Assembly: GCA_022605425.2 (NCBI GenBank)
Contig: CM061246.1
Coordinates: forward strand, 1,612,001-1,676,000
Reading direction: 5' to 3'
DNA: 64,000 bases
DNA from: Hamiltosporidium tvaerminnensis FI-OER-3-3
Lineage: Eukaryota; Fungi; Microsporidia
The notes beneath the pieces were generated by a model. That model made no database searches. It saw nothing but the letters and a program-made list of their open reading frames with translations, and was not told the origin of the DNA. This document shows positions 35,601-48,278 of this stretch, piece after piece (the stretch's first letter is position 1; the number at the start of each line of letters is the position of its first letter). Both the position numbers and the translations under genes were made by a program.

Positions 35601-38600
35601 TTCTTTCAGAATAAAAATCGAAATCATTCCATTTTTCTAAGGATTTTGTAAAACTATCTAAATTATCGAAAAATATCTTTTCATTTTGTGTCATAAAATC
35701 GTTGTTTTGTGAAACGTCATAAACAGAAGGTTTTTGTAATGCGATATTAAAGTTGTAATCAATAAAATTGTAACTTTCAGAATTGCATTCTGAAAAGTCT
35801 ATTTTTTCTTTTTCAATTTCTTCTTCATAATTTCGATTTTCTTTTTCAGAATTAATATAGAATAGAAGAATTTCATGTGTTATAAATGGATTTAGAAGTA
35901 CTTTATAATATTTTCTATTCCAAATGTAAAACCTATGAAATTTAAGTTTTCCATTTTTCAATATTGGAACAATAATTTCTTGGTTTGTATCAATAAATTC
36001 ATTAAAAATAAAAATAAGTAAAAAAATTATATCTTCACTACAAAATATATTCAAAAATTCAAAATAAGTTATATTCCTCAAATCATGACCATTTTTCAAA
36101 TTAAAAGTTTTTTCTTTTAAAATATTTATAATTTCTAAAGATATTATATTTAAATTGTACATTTCATCAACTGTATTATCGAATTCAGAAAGAAAAAATG
36201 TTTTCTTGTCAATATCTTTTAGATGAATTAATTTCATTTTGAAAAGAGTTGAAATATCTGAAAAGTATGTTTTTAAATTAAAAAAATCATTCAATAAATC
36301 TTCAATTCTTTCATATGAATAATATTTTTCCAAAAAAATATTATAGAAACTATCTTTTCGAAATTTCTTAATGAAATATGAAATTTTAGAATTATTAGAA
36401 TCAAGGTTTTTTATTCTTTCAGAAAAAAATCTAAACAATGATAAATCACTTTCATTTTCTCTATTTATATTTGTAGTACCGCTTTTATGAGTTGAAATAT
36501 CGAAAACTGGTTCAGAATCTTTTTTTGGATTATTTTTCCCCATATGGCCAAATTTTGAAATATCAAAGCTACATTCTTCATGACTTTTTTGGATTTCATT
36601 ATTTGATTTATTTAAATCATAAATATGTTCATTCATACTATTTTCATCTTCATATATATTTTCCGAATTTAAGATTTTTTCTTTTTTACTTAAAAATATT
36701 TCAATATATTTGTATTTCTCACTCATTTCAATGCCAAAAACTTCAATAAATTCACTATATGATTCATTATCTGTTATTTTTAAATAATTTCTAAAAATAA
36801 ACAATGAAGTAACGACAATAAAATCATTTTCAAATTCAATTTCTAATTTTAGAATATTTAAAATATTTTCAAAAAAATATTTTTTAAAAATTCCTAAACA
36901 CGTATTTTGTTTGTAGATGAAATACAAAAGAAAATATTTTATCATTCCGGGATCATTTTCATCATAAATTTTTAAATTGTTTTCTGTTAATTTCAAAAAA
37001 TCATATATTTTTGCCTTTTTAAAATATTCATATCTTTTAGAATAGTAAAGAGACAGTTTAGTGTTTTTTTCGAATGGAATAATGTTTAAATTATAAATAT
37101 AAAGTTCAGCTGAGTATATAAGTGTAAATATATTACAATGGTTTTGTTCAAAAAGCAATAACATAATTTCTGCTATAAAATTTTGATTTGGAAAAAGGTT
37201 TATAAATTGAAATAATTTCTTAAACGAACTTATATCTCCTAAATGAGTAATATTTTCAATGATTTTTTCAAGAATTTCAAAAATATGCGTATCATTTGAA
37301 AAATCACTTTCAAAATTAAATGAAGTATTTAATAACTCGTTACTTAAATTTTCAGGTTTAATATTATTTTCTATTTCAGAACTCAGGTTTGTTTTATTAT
37401 AATTCGTTAATATTGGATCTTTAAAAAGGATTTTTTTCGGTTGATAATCTTTTCTTATTTTATAAATTTTCTTTATTCGTAGATATAACAAAATATCTGA
37501 TATTAAATTTCTCTTCTCGTTAAATTCTTTAGAATTCATTTCTTCTGAAAAATATGTTTCCTCAAAATTAGAAACGATGTTTTTTAAAATGGAAATAGAA
37601 GAGTCATATTCGTCAACAGAATAATCATGTTTGTTCTCACATATTTTCAAGCAAATTTTTACTAAATTTTCCAAATTATTGTAGTTGAAATGGGAAAGAT
37701 TCAAAAGAATAAAATTTTTCAAAACAATTATGTCTTTATCTTTGAATTCAAATGAATCTAACTTAAAATCTAGAAATTTTTTCAAATCTTCATTCGCTTC
37801 TAATATAAATGTTTTTTTCGTTTCGGTAATAAATGAAACATTGGTTTTTGGAGCTTTGAACAAGTTGGTAAATTTTATCTGACTATTTATATTTAAATAT
37901 ATATTTACAGTATAATTTTGAAATAAAATAAAATTCAGTAACTTTTTTAACTCTTCTGTATCCTCATTGAATAACACAAAACAAGGAGATGGTTTTTGTG
38001 TATTTTCGTTGAAAGTAAACGAATGAATGTCTGATTTTAAATCTGAATTATCAATTGATGAAATATTTTTTTTATTTGAAACGTCTGAAGAATTATTAAA
38101 AGATGAAGAATTATTTTCATAGATTAATAAAACATTTTCAATCAATGAAAAAAAATTAGACTTTCTAAAATATTTTTGAAAATCATAGTAAAATCCCCAA
38201 TAAGAATAATTAAACAAGATTGGTAAATTAAACTGTTGTATAAATTTGGTGAAATATAACCGATTTTCTTTCAGAAATTCTGAAAGATTATACATATTTT
38301 TTATAAATTTTTCATCGATAGATTTAAATCTTATTTGAATAAATATGAATAAAACTAAAAAGTTTATATTCTTCTGAAAAGAGACTGAGCTTAAAATTGA
38401 TTCTATTTCGTATTTATTATCGAAAAGATTATAAAAATTGATAATCAGATATAATGATGTCAGTTTTTCTGAGAAATAAGCAACAAAATTTTTTATATAT
38501 CGTTTTAGAAATTCTATATCTTTCATTTCTAAGTATTTGAGCTTATAAGGAAATATTTTAAAGTAAATAAATACCAACAAGCCTTTATATTCGCTTTTGA

Positions 38601-39984
38601 AATCTGTATATAAAATTTTTATAAATTCATTTGTATCAAGAATATTTTTCAGTTGAATAATATTATATGAAAGAATAAAATATTCATATTTTTCTAAATA
38701 ATTTTGAAATTCTAGATTTCCATAAATTTTTAAAAACTCTAAAAAGCCAAAATAACTCAATTTATCTTTTAAAATAATATTTTTACTGTTTTCTTTACAA
38801 TTTAAATTTTCAGAACCAAAAATAAAACAAATAATACATTCATTTGATGATTCAGTAATTGAATTAAATCTATCTTTAAATTTGTTTTCATAATAGAAAT
38901 TATGTTTAGAACAATATTGTTGGCTGATTTGTGTTTTGTATATAAATACACCGTAAAATAAAAGCGAAATTGTTTCCTGGAGCAAATATAATTGTTTCTT
39001 TTCTTTTTTTAGGCATGCTCGATTATCAAGATAAAGAAAAAAATCTTGAATTTCAAAATATACATTATCAGATTTTATTTGACTTGAAAAAGAATCAAAA
39101 AGTTCTATAAATTTAGTTAAAAGCTTAAAAGAACTAGTATTTCGATATCTAAAAATGAATGGTATAAATGTTTTGAAAATTTTTAGCTGATAATAAAAAT
39201 CATTTTTACATTTTTTGAAAAAATTAGATTCTATTTTCAAAGAAATAAAAATTTCACTAAAATAATCAACAAATATGTTCATAACAGAAAATGAAAAATC
39301 TTTTTTAAAAATATGAATTTTCTTAATTAATTTATAAAGAATTTTACAATTTGTAATTCTTAAATTTGTTAGAATTTTTAAGATTAATAATATTTCAAAG
39401 TCTTCTTTTGTATTAAATATTGAATAATTTATGATTTCAAATATATTTTGTATATTCTCTTGTATTAAATTTATAGACAATTGGCTAGGTATGTTATTTA
39501 AATTCAAATGACAAGTATTAAAACTTTTTAGATATTTTTGCAAATCAGAAATAATTTTTTCGCAATTTTCCAAATATATCAACTTTAATAAAACATTCAT
39601 TGTTTCAAATTCTATAAATCTTTCTTTTAAATTTTTTAATATTTTTACTATTTGAGTAAAAAATGTTTCTTTATTTTCGTTAAAAACTTCTATAAATATA
39701 TAAATAACTTTTATAAAGCTTTCTATAGTTTCTAGAGTCAATAAATTTTGTTCTTTAATAAAATAAATAAATATTTTGATACAATCATCTATTATTTCGA
39801 TTTTTGCGATATCTTGATCTAAACAATTTATTAAATAAATATAATCTATAATTGTGTTAAATACACCGGAAAGGTTTTGATATGTGCTTTCGTGTGAATA
39901 TATAGATTTTTTAAAATCATTCCAACATTTTTTTACATTCTTATTGGATTTGTTTGATTTGTTCAATTTGTTTGATGGTGCCAT
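32629..39984 (-). CDS. TEL1: ATM/Tel1-like PIKK kinase, 2451 aa, copy 2
   Basis: Same length and motifs as copy 1, with roughly 30-35 aa differences by eye. Confidence 0.88.
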   Translation of the reverse strand: MAPSNKLNKSNKSNKNVKKCWNDFKKSIYSHESTYQNLSGVFNTIIDYIYLINCLDQDIAKIEIIDDCIKIFIYFIKEQNLLTLETIESFIKVIYIFIEVFNENKETFFTQIVKILKNLKERFIEFETMNVLLKLIYLENCEKIISDLQKYLKSFNTCHLNLNNIPSQLSINLIQENIQNIFEIINYSIFNTKEDFEILLILKILTNLRITNCKILYKLIKKIHIFKKDFSFSVMNIFVDYFSEIFISLKIESNFFKKCKNDFYYQLKIFKTFIPFIFRYRNTSSFKLLTKFIELFDSFSSQIKSDNVYFEIQDFFLYLDNRACLKKEKKQLYLLQETISLLFYGVFIYKTQISQQYCSKHNFYYENKFKDRFNSITESSNECIICFIFGSENLNCKENSKNIILKDKLSYFGFLEFLKIYGNLEFQNYLEKYEYFILSYNIIQLKNILDTNEFIKILYTDFKSEYKGLLVFIYFKIFPYKLKYLEMKDIEFLKRYIKNFVAYFSEKLTSLYLIINFYNLFDNKYEIESILSSVSFQKNINFLVLFIFIQIRFKSIDEKFIKNMYNLSEFLKENRLYFTKFIQQFNLPILFNYSYWGFYYDFQKYFRKSNFFSLIENVLLIYENNSSSFNNSSDVSNKKNISSIDNSDLKSDIHSFTFNENTQKPSPCFVLFNEDTEELKKLLNFILFQNYTVNIYLNINSQIKFTNLFKAPKTNVSFITETKKTFILEANEDLKKFLDFKLDSFEFKDKDIIVLKNFILLNLSHFNYNNLENLVKICLKICENKHDYSVDEYDSSISILKNIVSNFEETYFSEEMNSKEFNEKRNLISDILLYLRIKKIYKIRKDYQPKKILFKDPILTNYNKTNLSSEIENNIKPENLSNELLNTSFNFESDFSNDTHIFEILEKIIENITHLGDISSFKKLFQFINLFPNQNFIAEIMLLLFEQNHCNIFTLIYSAELYIYNLNIIPFEKNTKLSLYYSKRYEYFKKAKIYDFLKLTENNLKIYDENDPGMIKYFLLYFIYKQNTCLGIFKKYFFENILNILKLEIEFENDFIVVTSLFIFRNYLKITDNESYSEFIEVFGIEMSEKYKYIEIFLSKKEKILNSENIYEDENSMNEHIYDLNKSNNEIQKSHEECSFDISKFGHMGKNNPKKDSEPVFDISTHKSGTTNINRENESDLSLFRFFSERIKNLDSNNSKISYFIKKFRKDSFYNIFLEKYYSYERIEDLLNDFFNLKTYFSDISTLFKMKLIHLKDIDKKTFFLSEFDNTVDEMYNLNIISLEIINILKEKTFNLKNGHDLRNITYFEFLNIFCSEDIIFLLIFIFNEFIDTNQEIIVPILKNGKLKFHRFYIWNRKYYKVLLNPFITHEILLFYINSEKENRNYEEEIEKEKIDFSECNSESYNFIDYNFNIALQKPSVYDVSQNNDFMTQNEKIFFDNLDSFTKSLEKWNDFDFYSERNTFKRSKKFMESDFYSRSNLYDKINVLKFINSENSDIQSNYLKNILDSLKSIENKIKILTKNRNICNFKIHQNSFTEDSNNNNLFSDSKLIKEQNNNLYKNCIFIDKFKVQNENIFSSNISIKNENMNYLSPEHFNSKFKNIISTLSDSFTDYFNEIEKTFCKIEKEDLIKLLITRDETFNFLKSFLFYNLNMFDESKKYLNEVIKNTDFNHHIFYIANTNLADMKIKTYEGKPIEIITQYLIPCLKNLNIIENEMVVPFKSNMNKSKTGKLFVPNEKNTNIFTIPENKDDINFNPIYFAKDSFFEFKILVLEKIGNILYEIYEGFLNSLSLNTNLEEKNTKIEKSKMNPLSDYTAEIAFQKEIKENRNELFLKSYHLLLRIYSELSLISDKDSFIFKLLSIIFDFNGKNSKILENIPSYKFLPAKYQLISKYFNSDSEYLKKTIYRLCNDHFIHVVFEVYCSIKNKMDIKSMDTLKSKEKGTYERFTSSSEHFNLFKNNIKNVKNIERMIESYKCIYRNEKNFNEDISFKEIPIPSINFKISKNSEYKNLVFFEEFILSVKKLPGINNPILIENRGSDGKIYKEIIKGKDELRQDIIALQMFSQMNKVFENKNILKIRTYKVVRFEKFFGIVQYLSNTITLGELIDNLHKKKYPEKYDLKKCRNIFNSVVSHSLDSKISTFKEICENFIPVFNNFFLNFNNPFIYFRMKRKYVQSLGISSISTYILGLGDRHCHNLLIDTYTGEIINIDLNLLFDQARLLKTPETVPFRMTRNLIDALMCKISLNTFKTDSFKNENYFSNSSISKENEVEKIKRSKLQETESKTLNHKSNDNDSLENEVEKIKRSKLQETGSKTLNYNSNDNDSLENENKLYNLREINTRNIYLQEIMTQTLKQLKKEKSIILSLMTIFRSDPLHRWILCDKKIGNIGKKSDIKLFTDAEKIIFRMKEKLSGIESGFCFSEDSHVCFLLEKATSVENLVKLFPGWQPWV

Positions 39985-40036
39985 CGGTTTTATGCAATTT
40001 GATTTATTAAATAGTTTTAAATTTTATGCATAATTA

Positions 40037-43000
40037 ATGGGTAAAAAGAAAAAATTTGACAGCAAAAATGTAAACCAACAAAATAAAAAAATACAGAAAG
40101 TGTTTAAAAAAGGAAAAAATGTTTATTTCATTTGTAAAATTTTAGAGAGAATCTGTGTTAAGTGATTACAGCTTTACAAATTTATCTTTAAGTAATACTT
40201 TGTGAGCTTGCGTAGCATGTTTGCTTGATACTATACCTCGTATTATTGCATCATTTCTTGCTTTTAGACTATAGAGTAGCATTGTAAACCCGAATACTAT
40301 TGAATTTATAAAAGTAGTCAGGCTGATAGTTTTGCTTAATGCTAAACACTGCCGATAGCTTAAATCATAAACCTTTTATAATTAAACCTATAAGGGTACA
40401 AATTAATTAGAGAAGTGGCCTCGGAATGGCTGAAAAATGATCTATTAGTATTAAAAATAGAAAATTTTTTTGTACCGTAACTCTCGATGTGTGGCAAAAT
40501 TTAATAAAGTCGTGAGTTTTAGAAAGCAATAATAGAATAGAAGTCGATGTAGAAACGCCATATATCTCAAACCATATACTTAGACCGAACTCGCTCAAAA
40601 GTAATCCTGAAAGATGAGTATTTGAATAAAGTTAAAGAAACACCAAAAAAAGAAATTTCAAAATTAGAGATGGAAGTGAAGCATTAAAGTGATATAGATG
40701 ATAATAAAATTAATGAGCGAATTGGTTAAATAGTTTTTTAATATACGTAAAATTAAATATGTATGCCATGGATATACACAGCACATATTATCCAGAAAAG
40801 AAGCTATTTTATGACTAAAAATACGCAAAGTACAACAAAAACTCAAGCAGAGTAAATACATGAACTAGGAAATCCCCAGTTTTGAACTTACAACTGATAT
40901 ACTCCGAAGATTCCTATATCTAATAAACACGTCTACATAAACGAGAAAGTAAGAAGATTATTTTAGAGTTTAACTTAAACTTAAGTCTAGAAAATATTTA
41001 TTTGAGGTGCAATTTCAAAAAGGCGAGCCTTGGAATTTTTACAGAAAAAAAGACAAAGTATGAATAAAGAAGAAAATTACTGTATTTGGAAGTATCACAT
41101 CTTTTTGGAATAGTGGCAAGTGTTATATTTGTTTTCGTGAAATTAACGCAGTTCTAAGTTTAACACAAATGACTACTACCCCAACACTCCATCGGTAACC
41201 CCTGCGATACCTACGTCCCATAGCCTTTCATTTACCAGGTGTGTAGAACCCAATTAATAGGCGAGGAAGTTGCCCGGAGTCCTTAATGTCCGTTGCATGG
41301 AGTGTGATCGAAGGCCGAAGCTCTCGAGATCCTCCAAGACTAAGCAGCATTCCCACTTTCTCTACACTTTCTGAACCCAATAAACTTCTAGCTAAGATAT
41401 ATTTCAGAGATTTACATAGTGTCCACCTAGACAGTGCAATGTCATACCAACAGGTATAACCTGCTACTTAGCTTTCCTGGCTTTAAATGGTTTTTTGTTT
41501 TATATCTCTTAGACGCTAAGTCTTCTAACCCGAGTGAGCAAGGCTAGGTTTCCATGCTTTTACATGGTAATTACCTACAAGTCTAGCTGCAGTCTGCAAT
41601 CTGGTTAGATAAAGAACCAAAATAAATTTGTAGAAAAAGTTTCTCCATTTCTCATACCTCTCCCCTTCATAACAACTCCCATGGAACAACCAAAGATGTA
41701 GTGTGGTTTTATTCCCACCAAAAATCCAAACAATGATCTCACACCAGTTTCCCACACTCATTGCCAAGCAGAAAGTTTTTATGTAGTTATCCTCCTTCCA
41801 CAAAAGAAGGAGATTAAAAAGAAAATTTTATATTTTAGGTATTATAAGAGTGAGATGATTATAAGCCATCTGTACGGATGAAATCGAGATTATAATTGAG
41901 ATTGTGAAAATAAAAGTTTTTAGTCACAGTATGGAACAAAAATGATGACACTGTCACGTATAATTATTATATTAAACTCTGCCAAACGAACACTCATACT
42001 AAATTTTCCTTCCTACGATCAGTTTAAAAGTTTATAAATTTAGTTTCTAATTATAAAGCCGAAGAAAACCAGAATTTTATAATTTCCTATAAAGAAACAA
42101 TGAATTTACATAATATCTTAACAATATTTTCAAATTCATATTTTTAAGCGAAATGTTTGAAGCAGACTGGTTTTGTTATGAAATTATACATCTATTAAAT
42201 ATAAATATACCACCAGTTATCCCAAACTATAGACAAGCTATTTGTATGTAATACTAGCATGGGCGACAAAAATTGTAAAAAAAGTCGGTAATTTTGAAGT
42301 GAAAGATATAGACTTCGGTTTTATAACCTATTAGGAACATTAAAATGTTCACTCCAAGTTGAATAACAGTTTAATTATGTATTTCCCTCATAAGAACTAT
42401 ACAGCAAACTCCAATTCATATTAAATCTATGTTATGCCAGCAGTTTGATAACCCATTTAATTATGAATACCGTAAAACTTTGATTTAAACTAAGCTAATG
42501 ATGATTTTCTCAAAGTAAATACATAAAAAAACAAAGAATTTACAATCGATAAGATATGTATAAATTATCAAACGATGGATTAAACTAGACTATTTCAATG
42601 AGATGGTCTGATATATTTTTTTTCATTTTGTATTAATTTTTTGAGCCGAAAATTCAATAAAAACTACTTAAAACCTACGTTACGCATGTATGCATTTTTT
42701 GTATTTCAGCGGTCACTTGTTTTTTGTGGATACTAAATTTCTTGTGATTTAGAGGCAACATTGGAATTTTGCCATATATAGTGAAAGTAAGTTGAAAGGT
42801 ATACAAATTAGAGTTCATAGGAAGATTTACCCAAAAAAATATTCAGTAGCAGGATTACTACTTTTTTATATAGATGATATAGTTTTTAAGTGTAAACTAT
42901 AAAAGAATATAGCAGAGAAAACCAATAAAGCATTTAATCTGAAGAGGTTTATGCAAAACTAATGTCAAGTGTTAAAAGAATTTAAACACTAGATTGTAGG

Positions 43001-43340
43001 AAAAATATTAGTTCTACAAGTAATCTACATGAAATATTGTTAATTTCTATCATATAGAACCATGGAACCTGAAATAGCAGAATTGAAAGTTGGGTGATGC
43101 AATGCATTCAGTAGTGATTAAAGAAAATATGTTATTTATCTCCCAAGAAAGTAGTGAGAAGGTAACCAGATTAAATACGTTCTGCTTAGCAATGAGTATG
43201 TACATTCGTATTAAAATCATTGATATCATTTTGCTGGAAAAATACCCCTAAATGATCTATAGGACATCCCCTGTAACCTCGAGCGTAAACAGATTAAACA
43301 AAACAGATGAAACACTTTCATTTGGACACCATCGACCCAA
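40037..43340 (+). mobile_element. Decayed R4-like element C, copy 2
   Basis: Duplicate of 7709-11000. Confidence 0.65.
41083..41803 (-). mobile_element. Structured non-coding unit, reverse copy (duplicate)
   Basis: Duplicate of 8752-9473. Confidence 0.8.
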
Positions 43341-44104
43341 AATTTAAATGCGGAAGTGTCTAAGTATGTATTTTCTTCAATATACTGAGTTTTTGCGCTT
43401 ATTTAGAACAAAATTTAACAAGGTTTGCACTGTTTTAAGCTTTAGAGATAAGATAGGCTTTTGAAATTCGTAAATTATCTGAAAAACGTAAGTGAAATTT
43501 TAAACAAAGCAGAATTCTAGAAACATGAAATCATATGACCTATCCACATTTAACAAAATTCTTTTTAGAACAATATTTAAGATAAAAAAAAATGTATTAA
43601 TGAAACCTCTCAAATAGCAGATTTATATGAAGAAGAGAAGAATTTAAACTTATTTCTAAATTATTTAATACATGAAAAAATAAACGTAAAATTAATTCGA
43701 GTCTTCAGGATGGCTAAAGTCAAAAAATCAAAGTTTTATGAAACATTTTTGAAAAGCCTGGATATAAATGTTTTCCGCAAAGCAAAAGTTAATTTTATTC
43801 ATTAAAATTTATCTACTAAAAGACATAGAAATTGTCAACTCCATATTAGAATCACTGATTTTTTACTGTACTTAAAGATATAAAAAAGAGGTTAGGTCTG
43901 TTTGTCCACTTACCTCAAATAAACATAGAAGTTTGTTTTGAAAATAAAGTCACGTGTGTTTAAATCTTTATAAAAAAATCCATTTAAAAATAAAATTTAA
44001 CATTATAATCAAAATTTATGTTAAAAATCAAATATTAGGCATATAAATTTGTTTTAATTATGTACCAAACCAGATTTCAGTTGTTTAGGCAAGAAACATA
44101 GCTA

Positions 44105-44345
44105 AAATCCTTCTCGCTTTCACCCTCGGCACTAATGCTTTGGTATAGCCTTGAGCTCCCTCAGTAATGCCGCTTATCTGTCTCCTTTCAGTGGGTTCTT
44201 TTTTTTGGGTTTCGTAACAAGGTGGTTTTAAACGGTGAGTGTTAGCCGTAGGCAAACCCCTAACCTGGAAGACCAGTCCATTTTAGTCGCCTCTTATGAT
44301 AAGCAGAGAATACTTCAAGCCAATTCTGCGCTCCGCATGGTGAGG
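44105..44345 (-). mobile_element. RTE-like SINE (duplicate)
   Basis: Duplicate of 11770-12003. Confidence 0.6.
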
Positions 44346-46043
44346 AATTCATCTCACTTAGTTAACCAAAAAACCTATAAATCACGACGTTTTATCCTAT
44401 AAACTGGGTGTTATTATCAGTTAATTATATACACAATTTTCATTTGATATTCTGGGAAGTATTGCAACAAAGTATCATAAAATATATCTTGAATACTACA
44501 AACCATACGGATGGAGAGAATGTATTCACTTAATATTACTCAAAAAAGTCGAAATGATATCATATGACCGAGGAAAAATACTTTATTCGGGTGCAAATGG
44601 CGAAAAAGGCTGAGAATGAGCATCAATGAGTTATATTCGAGGATTCAAATGTATTAAAGCAATTTTTTTTGAAGAAATTCAATAAAATCAGATAGGAACA
44701 ACTAAGTAAAAACAGAAGTAACAACTCCATATTTTTGATAAAGTAACCACAAAAAAATATAAAGAATCAGATTTAGAAGGTGAAACTTAATTATTTACAG
44801 TGATGGAAGAAATATATGAAAGAGTTAAATGTTTTTAAAATTAAAAGTCTAGAATATTTTTTTCAAAAAAAGTAATTTAATTTAGTAAGTTTTCCATTCT
44901 ATTTTTTATTCGTTCAATAAAACCACAATTCTAAGTTCACTTAAAAATTCGTAATTATAAATTCTTATAATATCCCCTCATTGGTAATCAAGTCATTTAT
45001 ACACAAATTTGTTGGAGTCTTTAAACCAAACTTGTGGCAATGACTAGATTACTTATTTTATAGACTTATCTAATGTGGTAATGTTTTATGTAAAATTGTG
45101 TCTTGGTGAGTTATTTCTTCAAATACTATTACTTTTTTTATTATTCTTTTCTTTCGTACATTTGACACCTTTTAGATACACCGAGTCAATGGTTTAAATG
45201 TGGTAATTTTTTCAGCAATTTATTTAATATTTATTTCGATATCCGTAAGCTTAATACATTCTCGCTTGTTTGGGACAAAACTTGAATCAGAGTGTTGTCT
45301 GTTTGTATGCTTTGTCTACATATATTACATACTATATTTTGGAGTTCCCCACTCTTCTGCTCTTGGTTAGGACTTCAATGCTCTTTTTAAATAATAAAAA
45401 ACAATTTAAATGATCTGTTAAATGCAATTTGTTCGAATTAATTTTTATTTAATAAAATTCTGGGTTAACAAATTTTTCTTTTTAAATATTTCTTTCCACC
45501 ATTTCAACCACTTCTATCTCTTCCTCCAACTCCAACCTTCATTTGTATTAGTTGTTGGTTCCTTTGCTGTGGTTATGCCATCCAAAATAAGGGGTAAAAT
45601 ATTTTTTGTATTTTCCGTTTTAACATCATCTTCCTCGTTGTCTACTTGCTTTAAAGGGGGTATTGGTTGTTTATGCATCTCAGCTCCTAAGATAACACTT
45701 AATGATGCTCTCTCCCAGCTCTCCTCGGCATTTGGACCAGACTCAAGTCCTCTTCGTCGATCAAAAGAAATTATTTCGACTGTCTTCTTGAGTACTATGG
45801 ATTGTATATATGCCTCTACATTCATGGGTATTTGCAGTCTCTTAACATACGTCTTATGGTATTTTGTCACAATACCGTCCCAGGTCATCACATAAGGAAT
45901 TATCTCAACACTACACTTATAAATAAGACCTAACTCATTTGCTAATAGGTCATACTTCCTAAGCTTCTCTGTTTCAACTATTTGAAGAGAGTCTTGGGAT
46001 GTGATTCTTACTTCAGTGAGGGTTATCCTATTCTGTCTCTTGT

Positions 46044-47693
46044 CTAAAATAAAATATCTGGTCTGTTACACCGGATCTTGACATCAGTTTTTATTCTGGT
46101 GTCCACTCTTATCTCTGCATATTCGTTATCAAGAATTTCTTGAACTGAGTGGCTTCTAATTCGTTTCGAAGACTTAAACTTATATTTATTCAGCAAGAGT
46201 AAATGTATACATCGTACCACTTCATTATGTCGTCTAGTATAGTCATGACCAAACATTTTTTCACATCTCGTTGCTAAGTGATCAACAGTTTTCCTAGACT
46301 GGTTGCAGTGTTGACACATACCTTCTGCACCCCAGAAAACATTTCTATCCTGGATATAACAGAACACTGCTTCATCACGTGGTCTTACACTTCCTTTCTT
46401 TAACCATCTTGAGGAGTCATTTACACTTACCAGCTCGTTATTTCTAGCGCTATATAACTTTGAATGTGGTTTTCGGTTTTTGATTTCGTTATTTAGGTTA
46501 GCTAGTTCAGCTTCTTCCAATTTCTTTTTTGTGACTTCCTCTTCCAACCCGTATTTTATTTTTAAAAAGTTTTTAATTAGTGAAAGGTGGGTTTTGTTAT
46601 TATTCTCAACCTTTAGGATTGCTGCTCTTCTGGTCGATGTATCTTTATGTTTTTCCAGGCAATCCAAGAGTTGCAAAAGCATATGTTCGCTTTTGAACTC
46701 GACACTATGTAAACCTCTTCCAAGTTCTTTACTTGGAAGGTATAGACGTTCTTTGCATCCTGGGCGTAGATGTATTTTGTTCTTTACTAACACTGCACGC
46801 ACCGCATCATCTAACTTAGAGAAGTCAGCCGGTTTAAGTCGGAGTACACCTATATGATAGTTTAGTAAAGAAATTGCATGTTGATTAATGGCTTGAAATA
46901 AATTTCTTGCATTTAATCTCGTGCGACAAAGTCTTTCTACTCGTGCTATAAGTTTGGTCTGTACTTCCCCAAACGACTTACTTGTCGGAATTCCTCTGCT
47001 ATCTTCTATAATTCCAAGGTATTTATAAACACCTATTCCTTCGAGAAGAGTAGCAGTATCTTCACAACATGGATCATTAGTGGCTGACTTCTCTTTGTTA
47101 ATTTCCAATCCTATATTATTCATAAACTTTTTAACCTCCTCCGTCATTTCTTCCAATGTTTGTCCATCTTCGGCAAGGAGCTTAAGATCATCAATAAACA
47201 AGAGATGATTAATCGCGTGGGATTCTGCATCTGTCTTTATTGTCACTTTTGTGTATTTCTCATTAAGCTTTCGGCTCAATGGATCCATACACAACACAAA
47301 CAATAATGGTGACAAACTATCTCCTTGCAGAATCCCTCTATCAATCTTCTTGCTCATGATTTTTTCAGGCCCTTCTGATATATCAATTTTCCATTTTGAT
47401 ATAATTACCTTAATAAATTTCAGGATCCAATCAGGTAAATTAAGGTTTTCAATGCATTGAGTCAAATAAGCATGATCTATTGAATCATAAGCTTTTTTGA
47501 CATCAATCCATGTTGCCTTAAGATTGTTTCCGTACTCTTTATTAATGGCAATATTCAATAGGGCCTGTTCTTTCGCTCCTTGCACTCCTCTAACCGCTCC
47601 CAACTGATTATCTGAAAGTAATCCTCGTCTTTCCACCTCAACCTGAACCACTTTAGTGACACATTTTGTAGTCAGTTTATACAGGTTTGACAT
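46044..47693 (-). CDS. Reverse transcriptase + CCHC knuckle + start of restriction-like endonuclease (549-aa fragment of element B)
   Basis: WIDVKKAYDSIDH, GILQGDSLSPLLF, HLLFIDDLKL, YKYLGI, RLYLPSKELGRGL, CQHCNQSRKTVDHLATRC, RHNEVV, RPDI. Confidence 0.92.
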   Translation of the reverse strand: MSNLYKLTTKCVTKVVQVEVERRGLLSDNQLGAVRGVQGAKEQALLNIAINKEYGNNLKATWIDVKKAYDSIDHAYLTQCIENLNLPDWILKFIKVIISKWKIDISEGPEKIMSKKIDRGILQGDSLSPLLFVLCMDPLSRKLNEKYTKVTIKTDAESHAINHLLFIDDLKLLAEDGQTLEEMTEEVKKFMNNIGLEINKEKSATNDPCCEDTATLLEGIGVYKYLGIIEDSRGIPTSKSFGEVQTKLIARVERLCRTRLNARNLFQAINQHAISLLNYHIGVLRLKPADFSKLDDAVRAVLVKNKIHLRPGCKERLYLPSKELGRGLHSVEFKSEHMLLQLLDCLEKHKDTSTRRAAILKVENNNKTHLSLIKNFLKIKYGLEEEVTKKKLEEAELANLNNEIKNRKPHSKLYSARNNELVSVNDSSRWLKKGSVRPRDEAVFCYIQDRNVFWGAEGMCQHCNQSRKTVDHLATRCEKMFGHDYTRRHNEVVRCIHLLLLNKYKFKSSKRIRSHSVQEILDNEYAEIRVDTRIKTDVKIRCNRPDILF

Positions 47694-48278
47694 ACAAGTT
47701 ATTGGTCTGTAATCAGAGCCAGTCTTTGATGTACCTTTAGGTATCAGATAAGTAAGTCACAATAATACCAATCGGCTTGAGGCGTTCCTTCTAAACATAT
47801 GGCTTTCACAATATCGTAAAGATATTTATGAAGGCTCGTAAGTTTCTTGATGTAAAAGTTATAAATACCATCAATTCCAGCGGCTTTCCAGTTAGGCAGC
47901 CAATTGATGATATCTATAAACTCTTCAAGTAAAGGAAACGTGGTCGGGTGCGTATCTGACACGAAAGGTATCAAATACTCATCATATGTAACTACTTATC
48001 ACTTTTATTCCACATTGTTGACCAAAATTCTGAAATTTCGTCACGATAAACCACATGCACGGATTCAACGCGCTCATATAACCCTCGATAGAATCGACCT
48101 CGGAATAACTCAAACATACAATTCTCTTTTCGAAATTTTCTCCTATTTCATACATCGTAATTTTTTTCTCGTACACATTCAAGGCCTCATTCTTCTTAAC
48201 CAAAGCCTCAGAGAGATCATTTATTTTACTTAAGTCTAAATTAAACTCTCGCATAATTTTTCTGAGACTTTTCGTTTC